This document shows, in pieces, positions 39,424 to 55,008 of a stretch of DNA of 64,000 bases. Origin of the DNA: Octopus vulgaris (taxonomy: Eukaryota). Positions within the stretch are counted from its first letter, which is position 1. Each line of letters starts with the position of its first letter. A program made the translations under genes and the position numbers. Location of the stretch: NCBI GenBank assembly GCA_951406725.2, contig OX597816.1, positions 79,174,001 through 79,238,000 of the forward strand, written 5' to 3'. The notes beneath the pieces were generated by a model that was not told where the DNA came from, ran no database searches, and saw only the letters and a list, made by a program, of their open reading frames with translations.

Positions 39424-39840
39424 TCACCGCTTTATATAAATCCTGCCGATGTCGCTGTTGTTGTGGTAGTTACAAGTTATTAATATTTTTCTAGTTGTGG
39501 TGTGAAGGTTGCAGATTTCTTCGAGGTATGGTCTTGTTGGATGCAGATAGCTCTGATTTCCACACTTTTGTCGCTCTAGCTTTGCTTTCATCTCCAATGT
39601 ATGCGACATTCTCATTAATTCCGAAATATTTGTAACATTCGTCATTGGAGATACGGGAAATAGTCAGGACATTGGTGTTCATATTCTCTGCTAGATCGAT
39701 AATTTTTCTTTGTTTGATTGACAAATATGAACACTTATCCTGACCGAATTCCGTTCTTATATTTCATAAGACGTTGTGATCAGCTCTGCCTGTCACCTAC
39801 TTCAGTACAGCCGGACCTCGTCATCTAAAAAAAAAGTGGA
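39424..39840 (-). pseudogene. R4/Dong-type RT C-terminal fragment
   Basis: EFGQDKCSY...ECYKYFGINE...KVWKSELSASNK...DIGRIYIKR. Confidence 0.75.
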
Positions 39841-40635
39841 CAACATTAATTTTTCTGTCCTCTGCAGATCTCACCTAGTAGCCTTTGCATTTCCGTAATA
39901 GAACTCACAAAAGGTTCACTTCCAGGATGAAAGGCATTACAGATAAGCTGCAATATTCCAGTTGACATTCTAATTTTATTACTGACTATTGCAACAGCTG
40001 TTCTTTTTATCAGCTCTATGGACCATGCTGTTATCAGTCTCATAATGGCATTAACTGTAATGGTTGAGACCTTGGTAAGGCGTAATGACTGGAACGGGGG
40101 ACAGAAACAAACGCTTTCGTATTATCTTCTTGCAGCTATGCATTCAACAGATTTCGGTTGTGCCGTTTCTTTCCTTGAGGACAGCTTAGTTGATAGGGTC
40201 TGTTCGGCACAGTAGCAAACACCTTTCTTTTCCTTCTTCCTATTCAGCAGTGGACTTGGAGGAAAACATTTAAGTAACCTGGGTACAATTTATAGTTGAT
40301 ATTCAGGCATGTAGTCTCTGGCCAAGTGTATTTCCTGGTACATGCAACCATCAGCCAGCTTAGACAACACCTAGAGAACATCAAAGAGAGAAATAAGTAA
40401 TTCAGGAGTGTAATCGAAAGCAAATGTGCTAACATTTTGAGAGTAGGTGAAAAACTCTGAGTGTAGTTATTCCGTTGTGGATCTAAAGTCGCTGGGTGGA
40501 CTCACTTAAGCAGAGACTTGGAGGAGAAATACTCATCATGCCAACAAAAAGTGGTGCCTGTTTTCATATCCCGCAAACTATATTAATGCCAACAACATGG
40601 ACAGGTATAGAAAATTCTCCAGAAGTAAATAAGTA

Positions 40636-41837
40636 TTGGGTTGTCCGGAAAGTTCATGCCAATTTTTAAAGGAAAGAAAAAAGGTTAATAAATACTTGCC
40701 ATTACATTTTTAATCAACTAAATATGAACCATTTTGTTGCACAATGCGTCTCCATCTTTCCTTTAACTTGAAAATACCCTCTTCCCAGAACTGAGGTGGT
40801 TTCATCGCAAAAAATTCATCAAGGTATCTTTTTACGTCATCCAAGTAATTGAAATTTTTACCATTAAGACTATTCTGCAGAGACCTGAATAAGTGGAAAT
40901 CCGAAGGTGAATATGGATGGTAGAGTAACATATCTCAGCCGAGCTGCAGCAATTTTTGTCTGGTTCCCAAAGAAACGTGCGGTCTTGCTTTATCATGTTG
41001 GAAAACAACACCCTTCCTGTTGGCCAATTCTGGACGTTTATCTTGAATTGCTACTTTTAACTCGTCCAGTTGTGTGCAGTATTTCTCAGAATTAATTGTC
41101 TGGTTACTTGGGAGAAGCTCATAGTACAGAATTCCTTTCCAATCCCACCAGACACAAAGCTAGACTTTTTTAGGGTGAAGACCCGCTTTTGGGGTGGCTA
41201 AGGGTGGGTCATGTCGCTTACTCCAGGATCGCTTTCTCTGAACATTTCGGTAGATAAACCATTTCTCATCACATGTCAAAATTTGCTTTTAAAAAGGCGC
41301 GTTTTCATTCCTTGTATAAAGGGAATCACAGATGGAAATGCGATCTAAAAGGTTCTTCTCACTCAACTCGTGTGGTACCCAAACATCGTAGTGATTAGTG
41401 TACCCAAGCTTTACCAGGTGCCCATGAACGACGGATTTTGATAGGTTGAGGCTGTCTGCTAATTCTCGGGTTGTGCAATGTGGGTTATTCTCAATTAATG
41501 ACTTTATTTGGTCCTCATCTTTAGTGGATGGTCTACCTGATCGCTCTTTATCAATCGGGGTACAATCTCCAGCTCGGAACCTTGCGAACCACTTCCGTAC
41601 AGTTCTTTCAGATGAAAAAACATCACCGTAAACTGCGCATATTTCTTTGGTTGCTTGTGAGGCATTTTCCCTTTACGGAAAAAGAAAAGCATCAAGTGCT
41701 GAAAATGAACTTTCTGATCTTCCATTTTAAAGGGTTACAGAATTAACACAGGTTATAGGAACATAAACCTTTTTCCTCGAAAAGATAGCTTAAATTGTGC
41801 TCTAAATGGAGGTGCACGAATTTTCCGGACAACCCAA
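40636..41837 (-). mobile_element. Full-length mariner, inactivated transposase ~41725-40710
   Basis: TA-TTGGGTTGTCCGGAAAGTTC ... GAATTTTCCGGACAACCCAA-TA; WVPHEL, CDEKW, HDKARP, PYSPSDFHLFRSLQNSLNGK. Confidence 0.95.
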
Positions 41838-41844
41838 TATATCA

Positions 41845-43307
<1,463 letters not shown>

Positions 43308-46300
43308 GTTGATCAGTAATAATCGAAAGAAGAAGCTTTCATGACAAAGATTCATTATCTTTCTCATTTGATACATTTTCACAGAATCTTTTAAAACGTT
43401 CCCTACAAATTATCTCGTTTCTTACCTTCAGTTATGATTCCATTCACATCCAGGATACATTATAGTAGAGTGTTTTAAAGCGGGAAAAGTCTTCCAGAGT
43501 GTTATGAGGGTTAAAAAGGGGGAGGCAGGCGAAATCGCGATGTTTAAAAAAAAACAATACTAGCGTTTGAAACAATTAAAATTTACTTGGTCACACCATG
43601 GCAATGAGGAGTCTTATGGTGTGCTTAAGACGTTTCTCGTGAATGTGAACATGATCAAGCTCTTTTGCTTGAAATTCCTCCTTACTACATTGCTTTCTGA
43701 CTGGGGTTTAACACTCTTACTCCATTGGCATTCTTCTCAAGATTCTTCCTTACATTTTTATGTTACATACTTTTTGTCAATATATAAAACTTAACTTTTT
43801 ACTTAAATTTAAACTTTTTTTAAAAATTCAGTATTATATACTTTTAAGTTTTATCTCAATACCAGTAATTTTCTTGGCTGTAAAAAGCGTCGCCTGTAAA
43901 ATAAAAGGTAGGCAAGAAGGGAAAATGGCGGCTCGGGAGTGAGACTGTTTTTAATTAACTGAACCTAGGGTAGGAAGTGGAAGCTTTGAAATATTGCAGC
44001 TAAAGTGGGAACTGAAAAAAGCAAAACAAAACAAAACAAACGTCACTTTAAGTTTTATTCAAATGTAAAAGTATACTCCCTCTGGATTCTAACTTTCTCA
44101 GCAAAGAATATTCTTGGAACTTCCTACATTTACTCCCTGTAATGTAAAGTATGGTAGATGATGAAGCTGGGACTGAAGCACTTGTAGTTTGTGATGTAGT
44201 CTGTCTTTCAAAATTTAACAACGCTCAGCTACCTTCCTCTCATGATTTTCCAACTTAGTTGAGCTGACATTTAGGCACACAAAAATATTAGTTCATCCCG
44301 TGGGGTGAGTAGAGAGACTAAGGAGAGCTTTAACTTATATAGTAACAGTCAAATAGGTAGTAACATCCTCTCAGCTCACAATTGATGGGAAATAAATAGT
44401 ATAGAAATTTTAGTGAGATTTAGCTTTCTTAGTTAGAAAATAAAATGGAACTTTATCCTCACTTGGAAACAAAGGATTCGGAATCTTTGACCCTGAAGCT
44501 CTAGAAATCCAACACTTGATACTCAGAAAGTCCCACTCCCCAACACTCATACTTACATATTATATAAATGGGAGTGCATATGTATGTGTATGTGTACATG
44601 CTTTGTATGTATATATCTATATATCCACATATGGTTTTTCCTTGAGTTTAATTTAAGTTCTTTTTGAGAGAGTTCAAGCTGGTTGCTAACAAAGTGACAA
44701 GACTTTTAAGTTCCTAGAGTTTGTAAATGTGTGGTTGAGTTAGTATGTTGGTAGAACTGTCGATGCGTACCCCAAAATTGTAAGCATCTATCCACGTGTA
44801 TATTTGTATTTATTTATTACACACACACACACACACACACACATTTATATGTAATCTTTTATCCTTTACTTGTTTCAGTCTTTGGATTGCGCCATACTAG
44901 GGCTGGGACACGGCCTTAAGGGATTAGTCGAACAAATCGATCTAAGTGCTTATTTTTTAAATCTTGGTACTCTATAAATCCTGGTATTCTATCGGATTCT
45001 TTTGTTAAACTCTGAAACAAAGCTAGAAATGATACATAGGGTTAAATTCCGTAATATAGAACTATATTTCAATTTTAAAAAGATCAAAACACAAGAGTTG
45101 ATTATCTAAAGGAATCATCCACATGAAAATGAATAATGAATCATGTAGAGGTAGCCAAATTTAATTTGAAGCATACAAAATCTCATTAGAACTATCAACA
45201 TGGGGAAGAGAGTACAAAAATAGCTCAATGTTTTTATTATTTCAAGAAAGTGAAACAAAACTGAACTTGTTTCAGTCATATTAGACCTTTATAATAAGGC
45301 ATTGACTTCCACTATTTACTAATTTGGACCTTTTCACTCGAAGCAAATAAAAATGCTCTTGGAACAAATTAAAATACTCTCGAAGCAAACTACAATAGTT
45401 TCGAAGTAGAGTAAAATTATATCAAAATAAATTAAAATATAGCAAATCCAATATTTTTCCTAATTAAATCATATCATCAAAAATATTCCTTATACTTTTA
45501 TCTAAAAAGTCATGATTTACAGTTCAATGTTGACTAGCAGCACATCTTGAACAAGTATCAAAATAACCTTCATAACTTTATGGGAATCATCTGATTGGAA
45601 ATACAAAACTGTTATTCTGACTTGCTTCAATGAAATCATTTTTTCATCAAAATGACTTGCTTGCAGTTTGTTGGAACAAGATTAATTCAAACATTCAATG
45701 CAAATGTTTGCAAAGATTTTCCAAAGCGTGAGCATTCGTTTAGCGTCTCAACATTTGACTCAATATGTCCATATTCTTTCTATCTTTTTGCTTTGTCGTG
45801 GACACCTCCCGATACACATGTGAAGCGCGATCTTTGCATACTTAATGATATAATTACTTCTTAGTATCATATATTGCGGCAATTGTTCCAAATGCTCGCT
45901 TGCGGCAGAGAGTATACCCATACGCATTTCAAGAAAAGAATTCTTGCGTAATCCCCACTTGTTTCTCAGTTTGACAAATCTTTAAACGCCAACACTTATA
46001 GCTAAAAGTCCATATCATACTGAGTGTCATCATCCGTAAGAAAATCCACCATTATAAGCCTAAAATCAGACTAAATAAATTCACATTTAAAGCAGAGCAG
46101 CGTAAATTCAAGCACTTCAAAATATACATAGATACCATGTTTTTTTCTGTATTTGCTTCAACGTTTATTTTAACGTTTCAATGTTATTTTATGTGGGAGT
46201 CAACTTAAATTTTAAAAAATTCTAATTAGAATTAGTAGTGACGAAAAACACTTGCCCAATGACTAATATTATTTTTAATTATTTGATCAAGCATTGGAGA

Positions 46301-47762
46301 TAACTCAATACATTTCTGTACTACTAAACATCCTTAGGGAATCATTGACATCACCGAGCAAAGTTGTCTCCTGTACATGCCAAAATGATTAAAATAATAT
46401 TAATAATCGAGAATATTATATTTTTTCTACCCGTATTCGTGTTTCTAATTCAAGTTTTGATTGAATATATTTTGCTTTAAATTTATTCGTCCTTACTTAA
46501 CCCCTTTATTTTAGAGGTTACCTCTTATCCCACCTTTTACTTGTGTGTTGTCAATAAATTATATACGTATGTGTGTATGCGTGTGCGGTGCAAGTTGCAA
46601 ATATGTATCTAGTTTCTTCACAAAATGAGTGCATTGTAAGTATTCTTCTCTTTTATTGTAATCTAATCTTATGTATTTACTGCTTAAAATTTGAAATAAA
46701 ACACTGTATACTATTATGGGTGACACATATATAAGAAATGAATCACTTTGAAAGAATTGTCAAGGGAGGAAGAGAGGGGGGAAAGGGAGAGAAAATGAGA
46801 AAGGTGGGGAATAAAAAAAATTTAATTATTTTTCTTTCAACTAATGCTGCCCAACTTGCATCGAAGGTTTGACTATCCCATTCTTTATTCACATAATATA
46901 CTCAAGGCTACATTAGCTAATATCTATTTTTAAAAATATTTTGCCTGACTCGGGGAATGTTAGTTTGCTGATTCTAATGAGTTCAGTGGATCTTACAATC
47001 TTTGTTTAACTATATCAGCTAGCAACACATTTTTATATGATTCTATCAGCTAAGTTTCACCCGGTCGGTATGGATGATGTGGCCGTAAAACCTGCTCTGT
47101 GTAAGCATTTGATTTGTTTGGGCACGCTTACGTTAAATTTTAGAATTACTTTTTTCTGTCAAAACGCTAAAAATAACTGACCAAGAAAAAAAACAACCAA
47201 GATTCAACCAAATCAAAAAATAAACACAAATACTAAGATGAACCATCACACTTCCATTGTGTGTGCACACATACACATAAACCCTCACACACACATTCTC
47301 ATGTCTTTTACATACACAGACATATTCACACAGAGTCGAAACTGCTTGGTTTAATTTTTTCAGCGTACAATTTTCATCATCCCACTACCAAGTATGACAT
47401 CACCCCTTCCTTCTTTATTCATCTATCATCGCTTCTTTTCTCATGCATACACACAAGAGTATTATTATAGTAGATTATCTCGGTAACCATGAGAGCTATA
47501 AAAAAATACAAAACCCAGTAACACCACCGGATAATTCTACACATCTGTGTAATTTTTCGCGCAATTCCACCCAACCGTTTGATCGTGAATCTCAAGACAA
47601 TAAAGAATCGCCCATGTCAAATTTATATATACAGATAAGGTGACTGTTACTAAAGTGAACAAGCAGAAATTCAAGACTAGCAATTTCACCACCAAAGCTG
47701 GGTGATCTTTGCTGCTGATATTTTTGTGTGTTTTTACATCATCATCATCATCATCATCATCA

Positions 47763-47854
<92 letters not shown>

Positions 47855-47884
47855 TATGGTTTCCTTTCTTTATAACTTTATTTC

Positions 47885-48292
47885 AGCTGCCTTAGTACCG
47901 GGCATCCTCCGGAGGCCAAGGGCACTTTGTTTTGGTATGCATGCTAAAATTATCACCACATTTATTCCATTTTAGATGGAGAGTGCCTTCCGTAGTATAT
48001 GGGCTGTACCAACCAAGGTTATCTTGTGTAGTCCACGGAGATTGGAATCACCAGGGAATTGCTTAATATACTTCTCAGCTCTCTTCTTTATCATTCCCAG
48101 TGTACCAATGACTGTATTATCGTAGTACTAAGCTTCCACATTTTTGTGATTTCAATTTGCAGATCTTTATAATGAGAAAGATTTTGTTTTTCTTTCTTGA
48201 GACATTTTGATCTTGTGGGACATGCACATCTATTAACAGATAAGTTCCTCTGTTGTAGTCCTTGATTGCAATCTCTAGCCGATTGGAATTAG
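47885..48292 (-). mobile_element. R4/Dong-type RLE 3' end
   Basis: SNRLEIAIKDY..TYLLIDVHVPQDQNVS...YKDLQIEITKMWKL...KITLVGTAHILRKALSI; next to (AAT)n on the minus strand. Confidence 0.8.
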
Positions 48293-48826
48293 CGCATACC
48301 ATCAAAGTGACACGGGTAAAATATACGAAACCCAGTATATGACTACCCGTCTGATAAGGCTACACCAGGCGCATGCTTCACAACCATATGAGCGTGACAA
48401 GGTGATTTCATATCAAGATAAACAGCACACGACCTTGTAGATGAGGCCCAGTTAGAATTTTCTTTAGATTGAGTAGCCCATTCCACTTAAAAGGTCCTTG
48501 AATAAGGGTTGATTAAGGATGTTGAACAAAATACCCATGTTTCCAAACGTGAATTATCTAAACTTCGCAGAATTCCTTTCAACACAGGGCTATGATGCTC
48601 CCCCACTACTTGTGCACGTAATCAGAGATGCACATATCGTCAGCCATTAAGGGATGGGCTCAACTGATTAAGGTCAAGCAACTGACAAGTAAATATGTGG
48701 TATTAAGCAGAATATTTGCTGTAGCCCATCTTTTATATCAAGACAAAACAATATACATGATAACACTTCCAATCAGTCAAGACCAGAAGCCATGAAGGCC
48801 ACTGCCTGGCACTGCATCAGGACATT
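48293..48826 (-). mobile_element. More diverged copy of the ~550-bp element
   Basis: Minus strand aatgtcctgatgcagtgccaggcagtgg...gtgtcactttgatgg, preceded by (CAA)n. Confidence 0.88.
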
Positions 48827-48889
48827 TGTTGTTGTTGTTGTCTTCATACACAACAAATTTGACTGTTGAAAAAGAAAAAAACCCTAACA

Positions 48890-49290
48890 TCAAGTACAGC
48901 AAGTAACCTTAGACGCCAAGAACCTCCTTAAGTATTCTAGCTGTTCATTTTTTCATCATTTGGGAATGTAAAGTCAATTATTTGGCACTTTCTATTCTCT
49001 TTATCTACAACTACTAAATCAGGCCTTCTAGCTTCTATTACTCTGTCAGTCTGAATGTTAAAGTCCCACATCATCTTGCATTTTTTACTTTCTCGTACTC
49101 TACTAGGTTCATGTTCATAACATTTAGCAGTACGTTCAAATCCTAGCTTTCTACATGGCTCCCAGCAGATTGCTCTCCCTTGATTGTCATGTCTTTTCTT
49201 GTATTCTTTCTATGCCAGCATGCTACATTCACTTACTCTACATTGAGAATCTACTTGGATTTTGGATATCTTGGCTTTTATCCAGTGTGT
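48890..49290 (-). pseudogene. R4/Dong-type RLE fragment
   Basis: EYKKRHDN...YEHEP...MWDFNIQTDRVIEARRPDLVVVDK...IIDF. Confidence 0.8.
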
Positions 49291-49412
49291 TTCATCCACT
49301 GCGTTTCATCTTTTCGGGGTCGATAGATTGAGTACCAGTCAAGTACTGAAGTCGATGTGATCGACTATTCCCCTCCTCATAATTTCCAGGCCTTGTGCTT
49401 GTAGTAGAAAGG

Positions 49413-49492
<80 letters not shown>

Positions 49493-49494
49493 GT

Positions 49495-50396
49495 TTTTTT
49501 TTTCTTTCTTAAATTTTTCTTCCATTTCTCGCCGGGTGTTTTCCATACACCTAGGGCAGAGAAGCTCATTGTATGCATTCCCAGATTGCACGCGCAAATT
49601 CACAGATAAAATATATATTTAAAAATTAATGAATAAATAAATTCATGGATGAATGTTGTTTTCTCAGCGATAATGCTCTTCTCAGTACATGAGCCGTTCC
49701 AGTTAAGCCTGGAATCATTTTCAAATAGGTTTCAGTACCTTTTTTTATCATTCCTAGAGATCCTACAATCACTGGTACTGTAGTCCCCTTGAGATGCCAC
49801 ATTTTTTCAATTTCTGTTAGCAGGTCTTTATATTTACTAATCTTGTCAAATTCTTTCGCCGCTTTATTGTGATCGCAAGGGATACTTATGTCAATTAATA
49901 AACACATCTTTTATGTCTGATCTTTTATAATAATATCCGGTTTATTAGCTTTTATAGTCTTGTCGGTCTGTACGGGGAAGTCCCATAGAATCGACATTTT
50001 CTCCCTCAGTCACAGCTTCAGGATGGTGTTTATACCATTTGTCAACGGTTTTGATTTTATAATACCAACATATTGTCCAATGTAAATACTGGCTGACTCT
50101 GTCATGTCTTGCTTTATATTCTGCAGGTGCTAAGACTCTACACCCTGAGATTAGGTGGTCTATTGTTTCAATCTCATCGTTACAGAATCGGCATTTTGGG
50201 TCAGCTTCGTTTTTTATCACATTGGCTTGGTAGTTCCGGGTTAATAAGCTTTGGTCTTGAGCAGCTAATATGAAACCTTCACTCTCTGCTTTTAGCCCTG
50301 AGCTTCGTAACCATTGGTGCGTGTGTTTCTGGTCGACATCAGCTTGTTTGCTACGGGCCACATACTTGCCATGGAGAGGTTTCTGTTCCCATCTGC

Positions 50397-50398
<2 letters not shown>
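49495..50398 (-). mobile_element. Relatively well-preserved R4/Dong-type 3' end inside (AAT)n
   Basis: WEQKPLHGKY...GLKAESEGFILAAQDQSL...CRFCNDEIETIDHLISGC...RHD...NKPDIII...LIDISIPCD...KISKYKDL; (AAT)n on both sides. Confidence 0.92.
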
Positions 50399-50466
<68 letters not shown>

Positions 50467-51124
50467 CATTATTTTTAAACAAATTCTGCCGATGTCGACT
50501 TTGCTTTTCATCATTTCGGGATCGATAAATTAAGTACCAGTGAAACACTGTGGTCGATACAATCGACTCTCCCCTCCCACCCAATTTCAGACCTTGTGCC
50601 TTTAGTGTACAAGATTATCGTGATTATCAAGGCGGCCAGCTGTCGGAATCGTTTGCACGCCGCGCCATATGCTCAACAGCATTTCGTCCGTCTTCACGTT
50701 CTTAGTTCAAATTCCACTGAGGCCTTGAGCCTATAGTTGAAAGTTTCACCCCGTTTCAGTTCCTGAATTAGCAGAAGCTCATTCCAAAAACTTTTTCGGC
50801 TATATAATTTCAATGACTCTTTTTTCACAAGATTGCCAGCACAAGTTTTAATAGAGGAGTGGTTGTAGGAGAAAATGCATTAGTTTTCTCGTGCTCAAAC
50901 TACTCTAGTCATAGAATTCAACCATGCGTGGCAGTCCCCACTTCCATTGACTTTAGCAAAATAACTTATCAACAACACTACTAACACCAACATCGCCAAC
51001 ACCACCAGCACCACCTACAATTACAACAACGTCAACAGCAAAACATGACAGCTAACACCAGCATGATCCGTGAGAACTCTAACAGCAACAATCATAGGAA
51101 AACCATCAGCAGCAGTAACATAAA

Positions 51125-54100
51125 AAATAATAATAATGAAATTATTGTATACAGTGCTCAGGTGCACCACAACTTGTCAGACAGTGCATATAAAGTATAT
51201 GCAGGAGTGTACAAATGTCTGGAAAGCGAATAATGTATGAGTCAGATACATGCTTGTGTGTGTATGGAGCGGAGAAAATCAGGTGTAGTGTTGGCGAATC
51301 TCAGAAAGCATGGAAGTTTTGAAGGATGCAGTGCTCCGACAACTAACAATTGATGCCGGCAGTTTGTTCCATGCTTCAGCAACTCTCAGCGTGAAAAAAT
51401 GTTTCCTAAAGTCATGGGAGCTGTGCTGTTTTCTGATTTTGTAAATATGTCCATGGGTGTTAGACGGGTGGAGTTTGAAAAGGTGCTCAGAGTTATTGTT
51501 TGTAAGATGGTTAATAATTTTATGGGTGTCTGCCAAGTCAGCTGCCAGACGTCAGAGTTTCAATGTGTCCATGCCCAAGGAAGTAAGGCGTTCAGAATAT
51601 GGCAAATGCCTGATGGAGAGTATTCTTTTGGTTGCACGTCGCTGAACGGCTTCCAGACGATTAATATCCTGGGCAAGATAGGGGTTCCAGACCGGTGATG
51701 CAAATTCCAGGTGAGGTCTTACCATAGCTATATAAAGCCGCAGATAGATAGCCGGAGAGCGGTTCACAAAGGACTTGGTGAGTGATGCCAAGATACCCTC
51801 AGCCTTCTTGGAAATTTTAGCGATGTGTTTTGTCCAACGCAAATCGTTGTCGACGATAACACCCAGGTCACGTTCATACGAAGACTTTTTGGGATTAGTG
51901 TTGTGGAGGGAGTAAGTGGACGCTGGGTTTCTCCTCCCAAAATGCATGGTGGTACATTTGTCCACAGCCAGCTTGAGTTGCAAGTCCATGACCCACTGCT
52001 GCATTGTGTCCAGGTCTGCTTGCAATAGAGATCTATAGTGTACAGGATCTGATCTCTTTATTTCGAGGTACAGCTTGATGTCATCTGCATATTTCAGCAC
52101 TGTGGCATTCTTTAAGTTGGCATCTATGTCATTAACATATGCAACAAATAAAAGGGGGCCAAGAACAGATCCCTGTGGTACACCAGATGTCATCTCATAG
52201 GGTGAAGAGTGCTGTCCTAGAACTGTGACAACCTCTTTTCGGCCGAAAATAAAGGACTTCAACCAGTTATCGAGTTCGTCACTTACGCCCAACGCAGAGA
52301 GTTTCACCATAAGTCTTTTGTGTGGCACAGAATTAAAAGCCTTAGCAAAGTCCAAGTAAACAACATCCACCCACGATCCGCGATCAGTGATTCGGGTAAT
52401 GTCTTCAAGAAACTCGATGAGTTGATTACAGCAGCTGGAGTTAGGAATAAATCCAAATTGTGACGGCTGGATGAGGCTGTGAGACTTCCAGAAGTTCCAG
52501 AGGGTTTCCCTGACACAGGATTCCATCAGTTTGGCGATGCAGCTAGTAAGACTAACGGGGCGATAGTTGACAGGCGATGTGCGGTCACCTTTTTTGAACA
52601 GAGGGATAACACTGGCAGTTTTCCACTGCTCTGGAGTAACACCATTGTCAAGACAGAATTGGAAGAATAGAGAAAGTTGGCTTAGAAGAAAGTACCCAAC
52701 GCGTTTGAGAAGTAGGTATGTAACACCATCGAGGCATAGTTGCGTTTATCAAGTGTGAACAGTTTATTGATGGACATCGTCTTGTAGAAATAGCTGCAAA
52801 TAATCCCAGACTAAAAGATTAGGCAGTTGAGCTAGCCATGGCACCTCATTGCACTGACAACATTCCTGTAATATTGTACATGGAAGCTCTGTGTGGGTGG
52901 TCATTGACTCACCCGCCCACCCCTCTCTCAGTATGTTGTGTATTAATGCCAAGTCTGTTCAGTTCTAGAAGGAAGACACCTAACATGGAATTACCACATG
53001 GAAGTTTATTATGCAACACCACACACTTAATATTAACAATTAAGGAATTCTCACAAAATTGTGGATTGTTGTCTGACTCGGCATTGTAGCGTTGGCGTTG
53101 TAGCATTGCTGGTGTAAATTGCATAGTAGATATAGAGTCCGGTGTCAGTGGTGATGAAGATGGAACATTTTGGTCTTCGACAGTAAAGATGCCGGCATAG
53201 CATCCAGCAATGATTTCTGCACATTCTTTGGGATTGCCAGTAATCTGTCCTGTGTGGGAATTGCGAAGGGAACCAACTGGAGAGTGAGGTCTCTGCTTTG
53301 AGTGCACATACTTCCAGAACACTTTGCTGTCAGGGTTGGTTGCAATGCGTTGTTCAAATTCAAGCACTGCCTTTTTTGTCACCTGCTTGAGGTGGTTGGC
53401 TGACCTATTGCGCTTTTTCCTGTTGATCTCTGATTTGTGCAATTTGTAATCCTGTTCAGCATTACGGCGTCCTTTCCTGGCAAGTCGGACTGCTGCAGTC
53501 TCTCAAATTGCACTATTGGGTGGTTTTTGTGCTTGCGTGGTACTGATGTTGCACATGCCGCCCATATTGAATTCAGAATGTTCTGGAGTATAGTGTCCAC
53601 ATCTCCAGAGGCATGAAATTCGAGCCAGTTTGGTCGTTGCAGCTCAGTACAATAAGAGCTCCAGTCTACTTTATTCCAGTCAAAGCGGGCAGTTTGAAGA
53701 TGGTTGTGGTTTTTGTTACAACCAATCAGAGACAAGTCGGTCATGAGCATGGAATGATCAGAGTCACCTGAAGATTGTTTCAGGAGAAGCGGTAAGTAGC
53801 AGATCCAAAGTATTGTTACCCCTTGCGGGGGAGGTAACGACTTGGGACCAATTTGAATTCAGCACCAGTTCAAGGAAATCGTCTGCACTTTGCGGCCAAC
53901 GGAAGGCCTCCCAGTCAATCTCAGGGAAATTGAAGTCGCCCGCAATATAAACATACGTGGCTGTTTTCATGACAGCAGCTCTGACGATAATTTGGGGGGC
54001 GGTAAACAACTCCAAGCAGAAGAGTTGACCTGGTCATGTGTATATTGCAGAAAAATACTTCCTGCTGAGATTGGTTCAAATCATCACAAGGGATTGCCGA

Positions 54101-54270
54101 TAGATTTGATCGAACATAAACCATCACACCCCCTCCACGGCGATTAATGCGGTCTTTGCAGAACAGGTTGTAGCCGGTTATGCTGAAAACTCCATCACAG
54201 AGTGCAGAATGTGCCCATGTTTCCGTGACTGTGATGAAATCTGGGTTGATACTTTTGACGTAAGAATCAA
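51125..54270 (-). mobile_element. CR1-clade LINE ORF2 (APE plus RT) and 3' UTR, 5'-truncated
   Basis: APE: ITVTETW, DR..RRGGGVMVYV, VYRPP, GDFNFPEIDW, RGNNTLDL. RT: NYRPVSLTS, YLDFAKAFNSVPH, GVPQGSVLGPLLF, YADD, RDLGV, RPHLEFASPVW; C-terminal FFTLRV..WN.LP. Confidence 0.95.
51552..52526 (-). CDS. Uninterrupted 324-aa reverse transcriptase frame of the CR1 copy (element as a whole is broken)
   Basis: ORF track; RT core motifs including YADD are intact. Confidence 0.6.
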   Translation of the reverse strand: MESCVRETLWNFWKSHSLIQPSQFGFIPNSSCCNQLIEFLEDITRITDRGSWVDVVYLDFAKAFNSVPHKRLMVKLSALGVSDELDNWLKSFIFGRKEVVTVLGQHSSPYEMTSGVPQGSVLGPLLFVAYVNDIDANLKNATVLKYADDIKLYLEIKRSDPVHYRSLLQADLDTMQQWVMDLQLKLAVDKCTTMHFGRRNPASTYSLHNTNPKKSSYERDLGVIVDNDLRWTKHIAKISKKAEGILASLTKSFVNRSPAIYLRLYIAMVRPHLEFASPVWNPYLAQDINRLEAVQRRATKRILSIRHLPYSERLTSLGMDTLKL

Positions 54271-54924
54271 AAAGATGTACCAATAACGCTGACTGCAACA
54301 ACAGCATCAACAAGAAAGAAAACAGTAATGCCTTTTATGAAGACAGTAACTAGGAAACACTCTAAAAAGAAAAGAAAAATCGGATCTAGTTGGTTTGACT
54401 GGCAGCATTTCAAAAATTAAAAGTTTATCGAAAATTTTTAAATCTGGCACAATAATATACTTTTCCAAACTAAGTTGCTGGAGTTATTTCACTTTTTCCA
54501 GAAAAATGTTTTTAAAAGGTTATAGTGGGGATCTTTTCGGTTTGAACGGCAGTTTTTAAAAATAATTTCTATGTAACTAAAGAATTTTAAACTTCGTATA
54601 CTGGTAGAATGTGTTTATAAAACATTTTTTCTCTTGGCTTTCTTGAGAAAATTCTATAGTTTGTAAGATATTTAGTCTTTAATTTCTTGCATTTCGGCAA
54701 TTTCAACCAATCAATGACGTCTATTGAGGTGAAAACGATTTCTGCCGTAACATTTTATGGCGGCATCATATAAAAATGTCCCTGTTTTTTATGAGAAAAA
54801 AGATACCCTGTGGCCATAAACTGAGGGGTCACTCGTAAACAGACCTGGATAACATAACCGTTTCCTCTTTAGTGTCCACCCATAATTATGACTCTAGTAT
54901 CGATCTATTGCATTTCAATCTGTT

Positions 54925-55008
54925 TTAGGGTTAGGGTTAGAGTTAGGGTTAGGGGTTGGGTTAGGGTTTGGGTTAAGGTTAGGGTTAGGGTTTAGGTTAG
55001 AATTAGGG
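54925..55008 (+). repeat. Degenerate interstitial (TTAGGG)n
   Basis: ttagggttagggttagagttagggttagggg... Confidence 0.9.

Noticed and set aside
43570-46140. Possible very old hAT transposase on the minus strand (VHDKA-like motif)
   Set aside because: Motifs too decayed to support by eye; needs a translated HMM search.
54925-55008. Chromosome end or telomere fusion scar
   Set aside because: Short, degenerate and enclosed by MITE arms with a TSD; the 62.2-kb arrays have the opposite polarity to a fusion.
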